In this document: one piece after another, positions 9,818-20,408 of the stretch | How positions within the stretch are numbered: the first letter of the stretch is position 1 | Layout: the number at the start of each line of letters is the position of its first letter | Source: Acidobacteriaceae bacterium | GTDB taxonomy: Bacteria > Acidobacteriota > Terriglobia > Terriglobales > Acidobacteriaceae | Assembly: GCA_027449545.1 (NCBI GenBank) | Contig: DAIDLI010000138.1 | Span: forward strand, 7,977 to 71,976 | Direction: 5' to 3' | DNA: 64,000 bases | The notes under the pieces: model-generated | Told to the model about the DNA's origin: nothing | The model's database searches: none | Seen by the model: the letters and a program-made list of their open reading frames with translations, nothing else | Made by a program: the position numbers and the translations under genes

Positions 9818-10495
9818 ATGTCCCGAACTCACTACAAAGTCGTCGCTGCGGTTGTCCTGTTCATCCTGGCTCTGCCCCTCTTCGGGCAGAACCAGATCAC
9901 AGGACAACTGTCGGCGGTAAAAGGCAACGTCAGCCTGATACGCGATCAGGGCCAGCCTGTGCTCCTGCACGCAAGCGACAAAGTTCATTCTGGCGATGCA
10001 ATCCTCACGGATACCAAATCTTCCGCGACGATGAGATTGCTAGATGGGAGCACTGTCCGCATTTACCCCATGTCTCATGTGGAAGTGCGTTCCGAGAGCG
10101 GCGATTGGAAGGAGTTCCTCCATGTCGTGCTCGGTAACGTGCGGTTCCAGATCGAGAAACTGAGTGGCCGCCCGAACCCCAAAGTCGTCACCACACCAAC
10201 GGCAATCATCGCTGTGCGGGGAACGATCTTTGCGGTGGCAGTGAAGCAGAACGGGGACACCCAGGTGGGTTTGCAGCAAGGACTGGTCGCGGTCGCAAGC
10301 CTGCTCCAGCCGGAGCAACAGCTCCTCGTTCGGCCAGGACAGGAGCTCTGGGTGCGCCAGGGAGAAGGCCCTACCCAGCCCCACCGGATGCATCGGCCCA
10401 TGCCAGGGCTCGCTGCGCCCGGTTCATCTGGATTCGGCATGAGGGGCCCAAGCGGGGCAAAGCACCCAATGACTACGGGCAGGCACGGGCCATAG
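9818..10495 (+). CDS. Exported FecR-domain protein
   Basis: Signal peptide, GDAILTDTKSSATMRLLDGSTVRIYP, TPTAIIAVRGTIFAV, and a Met/Gly/His/Pro-rich tail. Confidence 0.8.
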   Translation: MSRTHYKVVAAVVLFILALPLFGQNQITGQLSAVKGNVSLIRDQGQPVLLHASDKVHSGDAILTDTKSSATMRLLDGSTVRIYPMSHVEVRSESGDWKEFLHVVLGNVRFQIEKLSGRPNPKVVTTPTAIIAVRGTIFAVAVKQNGDTQVGLQQGLVAVASLLQPEQQLLVRPGQELWVRQGEGPTQPHRMHRPMPGLAAPGSSGFGMRGPSGAKHPMTTGRHGP

Positions 10496-10542
10496 TGTAG
10501 TGAGTTCGAGACACCGCCCTCACATCCAAACGGAGGTGAGCC

Positions 10543-11211
10543 ATGAAAGCACTCGTAAAAGGACTCTTGATTGCAAGTCTTCTGACCGTTCCAGTCTTGG
10601 CGCCGGCACAGCATCGAGGTGGCGGAGGTGGTGCCAGCCGAGGCGCCGGAGTAGGCACGATGCAACGCGACCAGCTCCGGATCCATGATCGGCTGCACGC
10701 CCAGGATCAGCTGAAGACGAAAGATCAGTTGCGGACCCGGGATCGTGATCGGCTGCATACACAGGATCAGCTGCAAACCCAGGATCAGCTGAAGACGAAG
10801 GATCAGACCAGGGATCAGCTGAAGGATCGCGACCGGCTTCACACCCAGGATCAGGTCGTCACAGCCGACCAACTGCTGACCAAGGATCAGCTGAAGACCA
10901 AGGACCAGACCAAGGATCAGCTGAGAGACCCGATCCAGGACCGTGACCGCCTCAACACGCAGGACACCCTGCTCACGGCCGACCAACTGCTGACCACGGA
11001 CCAGTTGAAGACCAAGGACCAGACCAAGGATCAGCTGAGAGATCCCATCCAGGACCGCGACCGCCTCAACACGCAGGACACTCTGCTCACGGCCGACCAA
11101 CTGCTGACCACAGATCAGCTGAAGACCAAGGATCAAACCAAGGACCAGATCAAGGACCCGACGAAGGATCAGCTGAGGGATCCCGACCAACTGCGCATTC
11201 ACGATCGCTGA
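10543..11211 (+). CDS. Secreted low-complexity repeat protein (DQLKTK / DRDRL repeats)
   Basis: GGAGG RBS, signal peptide, Gly-rich linker, then about 170 aa of D/Q/L/K/T/R repeats. Confidence 0.85.
   Translation: MKALVKGLLIASLLTVPVLAPAQHRGGGGGASRGAGVGTMQRDQLRIHDRLHAQDQLKTKDQLRTRDRDRLHTQDQLQTQDQLKTKDQTRDQLKDRDRLHTQDQVVTADQLLTKDQLKTKDQTKDQLRDPIQDRDRLNTQDTLLTADQLLTTDQLKTKDQTKDQLRDPIQDRDRLNTQDTLLTADQLLTTDQLKTKDQTKDQIKDPTKDQLRDPDQLRIHDR
10825..11166 (+). repeat. Coding tandem repeat, 3 x 114 nt (38 aa)
   Basis: Units start at 10825, 10939 and 11053 (DRDRL[HN]TQD..TADQLLT.DQLKTKDQTKDQ..DP..). Confidence 0.85.
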
Positions 11212-11397
11212 TCACAGCGGACCAGCTGCAAATGAAGGATCCGCCGCAAGCGCGAATGCAGCAGGAAATCCGCGCCCGCACCGCCGGTAACAACCCGGCG
11301 GGAGCGGGGACTGGCGAACGAGGAACAAATCCCGAGCAAGCAAGCGGGGGAGTGAGAGTAGAAAAAAACGAAACGTGTCTTTTCCTATCGTTGCAAA

Positions 11398-11426
11398 AGC
11401 CCGCTGGAAACAGCGGGCTCTTTTTT
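11398..11426 (+). terminator. Intrinsic terminator
   Basis: AGCCCGCTG-GAAA-CAGCGGGCT followed by CTTTTTT. Confidence 0.85.
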
Positions 11427-11508
11427 CGAGTTTTCAGGCTCGATTCAACTGAGCGCGCGTACCGCAAAACGACTGCTCCCAAAGCCGCGCTATGCTGGAG
11501 CATAGACG

Positions 11509-12315
11509 ATGCAGTCGCAACATCCATCGAAAGCGCCGCAGTTGTGGCTGGCCTATCCGGCCGATCTGCGCGATCCGGGTGCGATCGCGGAGTGCCGCGC
11601 GCTGCTTAGCGAGGAAGAGCAGGCGCGCGCGCAGCGGTTTCACTTCGAGCGCGATCGCCGCGCTTTTGTGGCGGGTCGCGCCCTGGCACGAATCGCGCTT
11701 TCCCATGCGCATCCGCTGCCGCCGCATTCATGGGAATTCAGGAATAACCCCTACGGAAAGCCCTCCGTTGAGCCGGAGTGCGGATTGCGGTTCAATATTG
11801 CCAACTGCGCAGAACTGGTGGTCTGCCTGCTCGCGCCCGACTCCGAGGTGGGCGTGGATGCGGAGCCGTTCGCGCGGGCCGGGCAAATCATGGGCATCGC
11901 GTCGAAGGTATTTTCCGCGACAGAGCTGGCACAGATGACGGCACTCCATGATTCGGAACAGCCGGACCGCGCTCTGTCGCTCTGGGTGTTGAAGGAAGCC
12001 TACGTGAAGGCGCGAGGCCTGGGGCTTTCCCTGCCGCTGGAAGAATTTTCGTTTGTCTTTGAAAGCGACGGCTCCATCCGGCTCGCAATGCACGCCGGTC
12101 TGGATGACCGGCCGGAACGGTGGCGTTTCTGCCTGTTCGATCGCGCCGATCATCGCGTGGCGCTGATGGTGGAGAACGCGAGCAGCCAGGCCCCTCGTTT
12201 GGAGGAATTGCACTCCGCGGCGGCTGGCGTGGAAGTATGGGAGGCGCGGCCGCCGCACAGTCCCGGGATGCGTCTGAGCGTTCCAGGACCGCAATGGTTT
12301 TCCGCCGCGCCCTGA
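11509..12315 (+). CDS. Sfp-type 4'-phosphopantetheinyl transferase
   Basis: NPYGKP, VGVDAE, WVLKEAYVKARGLGL. Convergent with the PKS. Confidence 0.93.
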   Translation: MQSQHPSKAPQLWLAYPADLRDPGAIAECRALLSEEEQARAQRFHFERDRRAFVAGRALARIALSHAHPLPPHSWEFRNNPYGKPSVEPECGLRFNIANCAELVVCLLAPDSEVGVDAEPFARAGQIMGIASKVFSATELAQMTALHDSEQPDRALSLWVLKEAYVKARGLGLSLPLEEFSFVFESDGSIRLAMHAGLDDRPERWRFCLFDRADHRVALMVENASSQAPRLEELHSAAAGVEVWEARPPHSPGMRLSVPGPQWFSAAP

Positions 12316-12327
12316 CCGGCGCGAGAG

Positions 12328-15300
12328 TTATTTTGCAGCTGCCGCTTCCTGCTCCGCCAGCAGCGCCTTCAAAGTCCCGGCAAAGGTCGTGACGTACGGC
12401 TCGAACAGCATCACCATGTGCTGGGTGGGCACCTCGATGATCTCCACACCGCCCAGCGCGAGATCCTTCCAGCCCAGGGTCGGGTCGTCGATCCTGCCCA
12501 GAACCTCGGGGCCACGGTCGGCGGCGCGCACCTGCGTGATCTTTCCGGGGAATGGCTTGAAGGTGTACTTGTCGAGCACGCGCCAGTGGATGCGCGAGAT
12601 CCAGTGAAAACGCAGCGCAGGCGGAAGCGTGCGGCCCAGCTTGCGATACACCTTGCCGGCCATGGGAAAGACATAGGCGCTTGTGAACTCGTCCCAGAAA
12701 TAACGCGCTTTTTCGCGCATCTTGCGCGACAAATAGCGATATCCTTCCCGGCGAATGTTGCCCCAGAACTTTTGCAGCTTCACCTCAGTACCAAAGTGTT
12801 GCCCACTGCCGGGAACGCGCACATCGAACATCAGCACGGCGGCCGGCATGATGCCCTGCTCATGAAGCTGCCGCGCCATCTCGTAGAGAACAAAGCCGCC
12901 ATAGGAGGCGCCGCCGAGCAGGTAAGGTCCGCTGGGGTAGAACTCGCGCATCTCGCGAATGTAGAGCGCGGCCATCTCCTCGATGGTGAGGTCCTCTCGC
13001 TCGGGCTCCGCCACCAGCGGCGACTGGAAGGCGTAGAAGGGCTGATCGGATCCCAAAGCGCGGGCCAGTTGCTGGTAGAAGAGAACGTCTCCGCCCACCG
13101 CATGCACGCAGAAGAGCGGCGGCCGGCCGCCGTTGGGCTGAATGGGAACCAGAGCCTTCCATGCCTTCTTTTCCGTGGGGGCATGATCTGCGGAGGGCTT
13201 GCGCGATCGATCGATGACAGCGGCGAGCTGGCGCACGGTCCGCGCCTCAAACAGCGTGGCGAGTTCAAGGTCTGCCCGAAATGCCCTTTTGATCTTGGCG
13301 ATCAACCGCACGCCGGTAAGCGAATGGCCGCCCAGCTCGAAGAAGTCGTCGTCAGTGCCAACCTGCTCCACACCCAGCAATTCCCGCCACCACGTTGCCA
13401 GCGTGGCTTCGGTGCCGCCCAGCTCGATCTGCGCCGGAGATGCGTCCGTGCGAGAGGCGGGCAAGGAGAAAGCTGGCGATGGCGCGGGCCGTGTCAGCGG
13501 CTCGCCCAAAGCAACCACGGCCGCTGGCGTATGCGCCTGCAGGATGCGGGTGAGTACCTGAACGCCGGCATCCGGAGCAATGCCGGTCCGCACGGGAACG
13601 TCGAAGGGACGATCGGCGAGCGCGTGTGCCGAGCGCTGCTGAAGCAGCATTGCCGGGTCCACGATGCGCCGCATCGTGAAGCCTTCGATCTCCGCCAGAA
13701 TTTCCCCCTGCTCGTCGAAGACGGTGATGTCGAAGGTCTCCACTTCGCTGCGCCGGCCGCGGCTCTCGCACGCGCGGATGTGACTGAACAGGCACGCGGG
13801 AAGGCGCCGGTAGACGCGCAGATGGCGATAGGTGATAGGCAAGAAGAGATCGTCGCAGCGGTCGTAATCGTGGGTCAGATACAGGCATGCGCCGGTGGCC
13901 ATATCGAGCAGCGCCGGATGCTGGCGATGGTCGGCGACGTCGGCGGCGAACTGCGGGTCGAGCTCAATCTCAGTCAGAGCCTCGCCCTGGCCGAGATACA
14001 GTTTGCGCAGCGAATGCCAGCGCGGGCCGAAGCTCAGGCGAATTTCCTGGCGGGTATGTCGATCGCCGCAAAAGACAATCTCGCGATTGCGGCAACGCGC
14101 CGCGATAGTGCTGCGATCGACGGGGGATCCTGGGCGGGTGCGGCACGCGGCCACGCTACCGGTGGAGTGCTGAATCCAATCTTGATCGCGCGATAGAACG
14201 GCAAACCGGAAGCTATGGCCACCCGATCCCTCTTCTCCATCGCGCTGCAACTGCACCCGCACCTCTCTGCTTTCGCCGTCGGCAACCGCCAGGGGCGCCT
14301 CGAAAAAGACATCGCGGAATTCGATGGCGCGGTGCGCGGAGTGGCGCGCCCATGCGCCGGCCACCAACTCAAGCTGCGCGGTGCCGGGCATGATCGCGGG
14401 GCCTTCCTTGACGCGGTGCTCGGCGAGCGCCCAATGATCGCGGCTGGAAAAACGTCCGGCAAAGACCATGCGATCGGGCGCGTCGAGCAGGCGCTCCTGC
14501 AGCCAGGGATGCGGCGAGAAGGCGCGCGCCGCCATGCCCACCTCGCGCCATGCGCCCCAGTTCACAACCTGGACGGACCCCTTGCGGCTGAGCGCGAAGG
14601 CATCCAGGAATGCATTGGCCGCGGCATAATCCACCTGGCCGGCAGGCGGATCAATGGAGCTGATCGAAGAGAACAGCACCAGGCTGCGCAGCGGAATGCC
14701 CTGAAGTGCCTGCTCCAGAACCAGCGTGCCCTGCACTTTGGGAGCAAGCACCCGGGCCGCGCTCTCCGCGGATTTGAGCAGCAGCGGAGCGTCGTCAAGA
14801 ACTCCCGCGGCGTGCAAGACACCGTCCATCCCCCCGAAGCGCTCTTGCGCCAGCGCCACTGCGGCGCGCATCTGTGCCAGATCGGTCACATCGGCTTGCG
14901 CGACGGCAAGGCCACCGCCCAGAGACCGGATCTCAATGAGCTTGCGCAGCCGTTTGCGGTCCTGCTCGCTCAGCCCGGGAGCCTGCAGTGCCGTCTCCCA
15001 TGCGGACTGCGGCGGCAGGGGCGTGCGCCCTACCAGCACCAGGCGCGCCTGGAAGGTACGAGCGAGGTGTTCGGCAACCTCCAAGCCGAGTGCGCCCAGT
15101 CCTCCGGTGATGAGATACACGCCGCCTGCCCGCAGGCGCGGACGATCGGCTGCCGTGCCCAAGTCGTAGCCTTCGAGCGCTTCAACAAAACGCTCGCTGC
15201 GGCGATAGGCCACGGTCAGGTTGCCGGCAGCGCAGGTTTCGGCGAGAACGGTCTGCGCATAGCGGGCGGGCTCGGCTTCGTCCCAGTCCAGATCCACGGC

Positions 15301-18300
15301 CTGGCACGTGAAGCCCGGCAGCTCCTTGTGCAGGGTGCGGGCCACGCCGAACAGCACCGCGCGCTCCGGCGTGCCGATCGTCTCATCCTCCACCTGCTGA
15401 AGCGCATTGGAGACAATGGTCATCACCACGCTGGATGCATCGTTGGCGGCAAGGGCCTGAGCGAGAAACAACGGACTGTAAAAGCATCGTGCGAGCGTGT
15501 CGTCGAGCGGCGTGTCGTTGCCGCGTGCAACAACCGCCCACAGATGGATGATGCGTGAAGGCGAGCAGCCGGCGTTGGCGAGATCGGCGGCGAGGGCTTC
15601 ATAATCCCCGTGCTGAGCCGGCCGCAGCACCACATTGTCATCTTTGAGCGGCTGGTAATGCGCTCCGGCAGCCACCATCACTACCCGCTCGCCGCGCCTG
15701 CGCAGCGCGGCAGAGAGCGCCTCGCCGAGGCCGAGCGCATCGTGGAAGATGAGCCACGGGCCTACGCTCGCAGGTGAAGATTCAGACAGCGGCGTTGCCT
15801 TCCAAGTGCGGCGATAGAGCGCGACCGGCTCTGGACCACGCCCAGGTTCGGCCGGCGGCGCGGTGGCCGGCGTAGGCAGTTCGACGCGGTCCGGTTCGAT
15901 CCAGAATCGCTGATGCTCGAAGGGGTAGGCAGGCAAGGAGACGCGCTGCACGGAGCAGGGTACATGCAAGCGCGCAAAATCGAGATCGACGCCCGCGGAC
16001 CAGAGCTGGCCGAGCGTCTGCAATGCAAAGCGCAGGGCGGGGGCGTTCTCGCGAGGATGCGGCAGGGTTGCGTAAGCGCGCGTATGGGCGCCCCCCTGCA
16101 TGCGCGCCAGGCTGGTGAGCACGTTGCCCGGGCCGCACTCGATGAGCACCTGGTCCGGATTGTGCAAGATCTCTGTGAGGTTCTCGCTGAAGCGCACCGT
16201 GGAGCGCACATGCCGCGCCCAGTACGCAGGATCGGTGGCCTCCTCCGCTTGAATCCAGGTGCCGGTCACGTTCGAGAGATAGGGGATGCGCGGCGGATGC
16301 AGCTTCACGCTCCGCAACCGCTCCTCGAAGTCTGCCAGCATCGGTTCCATCATTGCGGAGTGGAAGGCATGCGAGGTGACGAGGCGGCGGGTGAGGATGG
16401 ATTGCTTCGCCAGCGACTCCTCGAGCGCGGCGATCTCCGCAAACGGGCCGGAGACAACGCACAGGTCAGGATGGTTGATGGCGGCGATGGAAAGTGAGCC
16501 GGCGAGCTGCAACTTCTCTGGCGCGAGCGGAACCGAGAGCATTGCACCGGGCGGCAGGCCAGCGATCATGCGGCCGCGCGCGGCAACCAGCCCCAGCGCA
16601 TCTTGCAGCGAGAAGACGCCGGCAAGGCAGGCAGCCACATATTCACCCAGACTGTGCCCCCCCATCGCCGCGGGCTGAACATCGTGCGCCATCCACCACT
16701 GTGCCAGCGCATACTCCAGCGCGAAGAGCGCCGGTTGCGTGAGCCAGGTCTGGCTAAGGCGCTCGGATGCAGATTCTTTCTCCGCCTCGCCGGGATAGAT
16801 GGCTGCGATCAGGTCCAGGCCAAGCGGTTCGCGCAAAATGCGCGCGCAGGTGTCGAGTGCATCCCGAAAGACCGGCTCGTGCTCGTACATCTCGCGGCCC
16901 ATATCCACGTACTGCGATCCCTGGCCCGAGAAGAGGAAGACAATGCCGGGCGCGGTGCGCGGCATGACTCCCTTTGCAATCTTGCGAGGATCGAGACCGG
17001 CCAGCTCGGCGCGCGCTTGTGGCGTATCTTCGACCACTACCGCGCGGCGGTGCGGAAATGCCTGCCGCCCGATCTGGCAGGTGAAGGCGACATCCGCAAG
17101 GTGCACATCCGGATGTTCGGCAACGTGTTCGGCCAGGCGCGCAAAGGCGCGATCGGCGGCAGATTCGGTTTTGGCTGAGACGGTGAGAAGTTGATACGGC
17201 TGCTGCGTCCGAATGAGCTCCGGCGGCGGGGGTGCTTCCAGAACTACGTGCGCATTGGTGCCGCCGATGCCGAGCGCGGTCACGCCGGCGCGGCGCGGCC
17301 GGTCATCCGCGGGCCAGTCGTGAAGCCGGTCGTTCACATAGAACGGGCTGTCCGCGATCTCGATCCGCGGATTGATGCGCTCGAAGTGCAGGCTGGCAGG
17401 CATCTGCGCGTGCTTCAGCGCGAGAGCTGTCTTGATCAGGCCGCTAACCCCCGCAGCCGCGTCCAGATGGCCGAGATTGGATTTCAGCGAGCCAAGCCCA
17501 CAGAACCCGGCGCGCGCGGTGGAGCGGCGAAAGGCTTGGGTGAGCGCTCGCACCTCGATGGGATCGCCCACCACAGTGCCGGTGCCGTGCGCCTCTATGT
17601 AGCTAATCTCGTCGGCGCCGACGCCCGCGAATTCGAGGGCCTCGGCGATGACCTCAGCCTGGCCCTCCACGCTCGGCGCAAGATACCCAACCTTGCGCGC
17701 GCCGTCGTTGTTGATTGCCGAACCGAGAATGACGGCGTGAATCTGATCGCGATCGGCGAGCGCCTCGTCCAGCCGGCGCAGCACCACAATGCCCAGGCCG
17801 CTGGCAAAGACAGTGCCGCTCGAGGACGCATCGAAGGAACGGCAATGCCCGTCGCGCGAGAGAATCTCGCCCTCGCGGTACATGTACCCCTGCCCGTGCG
17901 GTACCTCGATGGTGACGCCACCGGCGAGCGCCATGTCGCACTCGAAGTTGAGCAGGCTCTGACAGGCCAGGTGGACGGCCACCAGCGAGGTGGAACAGGC
18001 CGTCTGCACGTTGATGCTGGGACCGCGCAGGTCGAGCTGGTAGCTGACCCGCGTGGACAGCACATCCTTATCGTTGCCGGTCTGCTTGAGCTGGAAGAGA
18101 CCTGCCGAAGCGACGAGCCCGCGATTGGCAAGCAGGTTGTGGATCAGGTAACTGTTCAGACCAGAGCCGGCAAAAACGCCGATGGAGCCGCCCGCCCGCT
18201 GAAAAGCGCTGGGGGGATGGCCGGCATCTTCGAGTGCCTCCCACGCGCACTCCAGAAAGTGCCGGTGCTGCGGGTCCATGATGGATGCGTCGCGAGGACT

Positions 18301-18534
18301 GAAGCCGAAAAAACCGGCATCGAACATCGGCACGTCATCGAGAACGGCGGCCCGCTTTACATAACCCGCAGTGGCAAGTTCTTCTGGCGCGACGCCGTTG
18401 GCAAGCAGTTCCGCATCGCTGAGGTCACGGATCGATTCCACGCCGTCGCGCAGGTTGCGCCACAGCTCGGCGACCGAGCGCGCCCCGGGGAAGCGGCCGG
18501 CCATTCCAACGATCGCGACTGCCGAAGACTTCAT
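12328..18534 (-). CDS. Single-module type I PKS: KS-AT-KR(with nested DH)-ACP-TE
   Basis: KS TACSTS/HGTGT/KSNLGH; AT GHSLG and HAFH; KR GGLGALG, LDD, YAAAN; DH EHRV..G..IMP and HPALLD; ACP GGHSL; TE GASYGG. Start moved to ATG 18534 (GGAG RBS). Confidence 0.93.
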   Translation of the reverse strand: MKSSAVAIVGMAGRFPGARSVAELWRNLRDGVESIRDLSDAELLANGVAPEELATAGYVKRAAVLDDVPMFDAGFFGFSPRDASIMDPQHRHFLECAWEALEDAGHPPSAFQRAGGSIGVFAGSGLNSYLIHNLLANRGLVASAGLFQLKQTGNDKDVLSTRVSYQLDLRGPSINVQTACSTSLVAVHLACQSLLNFECDMALAGGVTIEVPHGQGYMYREGEILSRDGHCRSFDASSSGTVFASGLGIVVLRRLDEALADRDQIHAVILGSAINNDGARKVGYLAPSVEGQAEVIAEALEFAGVGADEISYIEAHGTGTVVGDPIEVRALTQAFRRSTARAGFCGLGSLKSNLGHLDAAAGVSGLIKTALALKHAQMPASLHFERINPRIEIADSPFYVNDRLHDWPADDRPRRAGVTALGIGGTNAHVVLEAPPPPELIRTQQPYQLLTVSAKTESAADRAFARLAEHVAEHPDVHLADVAFTCQIGRQAFPHRRAVVVEDTPQARAELAGLDPRKIAKGVMPRTAPGIVFLFSGQGSQYVDMGREMYEHEPVFRDALDTCARILREPLGLDLIAAIYPGEAEKESASERLSQTWLTQPALFALEYALAQWWMAHDVQPAAMGGHSLGEYVAACLAGVFSLQDALGLVAARGRMIAGLPPGAMLSVPLAPEKLQLAGSLSIAAINHPDLCVVSGPFAEIAALEESLAKQSILTRRLVTSHAFHSAMMEPMLADFEERLRSVKLHPPRIPYLSNVTGTWIQAEEATDPAYWARHVRSTVRFSENLTEILHNPDQVLIECGPGNVLTSLARMQGGAHTRAYATLPHPRENAPALRFALQTLGQLWSAGVDLDFARLHVPCSVQRVSLPAYPFEHQRFWIEPDRVELPTPATAPPAEPGRGPEPVALYRRTWKATPLSESSPASVGPWLIFHDALGLGEALSAALRRRGERVVMVAAGAHYQPLKDDNVVLRPAQHGDYEALAADLANAGCSPSRIIHLWAVVARGNDTPLDDTLARCFYSPLFLAQALAANDASSVVMTIVSNALQQVEDETIGTPERAVLFGVARTLHKELPGFTCQAVDLDWDEAEPARYAQTVLAETCAAGNLTVAYRRSERFVEALEGYDLGTAADRPRLRAGGVYLITGGLGALGLEVAEHLARTFQARLVLVGRTPLPPQSAWETALQAPGLSEQDRKRLRKLIEIRSLGGGLAVAQADVTDLAQMRAAVALAQERFGGMDGVLHAAGVLDDAPLLLKSAESAARVLAPKVQGTLVLEQALQGIPLRSLVLFSSISSIDPPAGQVDYAAANAFLDAFALSRKGSVQVVNWGAWREVGMAARAFSPHPWLQERLLDAPDRMVFAGRFSSRDHWALAEHRVKEGPAIMPGTAQLELVAGAWARHSAHRAIEFRDVFFEAPLAVADGESREVRVQLQRDGEEGSGGHSFRFAVLSRDQDWIQHSTGSVAACRTRPGSPVDRSTIAARCRNREIVFCGDRHTRQEIRLSFGPRWHSLRKLYLGQGEALTEIELDPQFAADVADHRQHPALLDMATGACLYLTHDYDRCDDLFLPITYRHLRVYRRLPACLFSHIRACESRGRRSEVETFDITVFDEQGEILAEIEGFTMRRIVDPAMLLQQRSAHALADRPFDVPVRTGIAPDAGVQVLTRILQAHTPAAVVALGEPLTRPAPSPAFSLPASRTDASPAQIELGGTEATLATWWRELLGVEQVGTDDDFFELGGHSLTGVRLIAKIKRAFRADLELATLFEARTVRQLAAVIDRSRKPSADHAPTEKKAWKALVPIQPNGGRPPLFCVHAVGGDVLFYQQLARALGSDQPFYAFQSPLVAEPEREDLTIEEMAALYIREMREFYPSGPYLLGGASYGGFVLYEMARQLHEQGIMPAAVLMFDVRVPGSGQHFGTEVKLQKFWGNIRREGYRYLSRKMREKARYFWDEFTSAYVFPMAGKVYRKLGRTLPPALRFHWISRIHWRVLDKYTFKPFPGKITQVRAADRGPEVLGRIDDPTLGWKDLALGGVEIIEVPTQHMVMLFEPYVTTFAGTLKALLAEQEAAAAK

Positions 18535-18545
18535 CCCAGCTCCTG

Positions 18546-20385
<1,840 letters not shown>

Positions 20386-20408
<23 letters not shown>

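Noticed and set aside
10680-11205. CRISPR-like repeat array
   Set aside because: The repeats are in-frame coding units with no unique spacers, and no cas genes are present.
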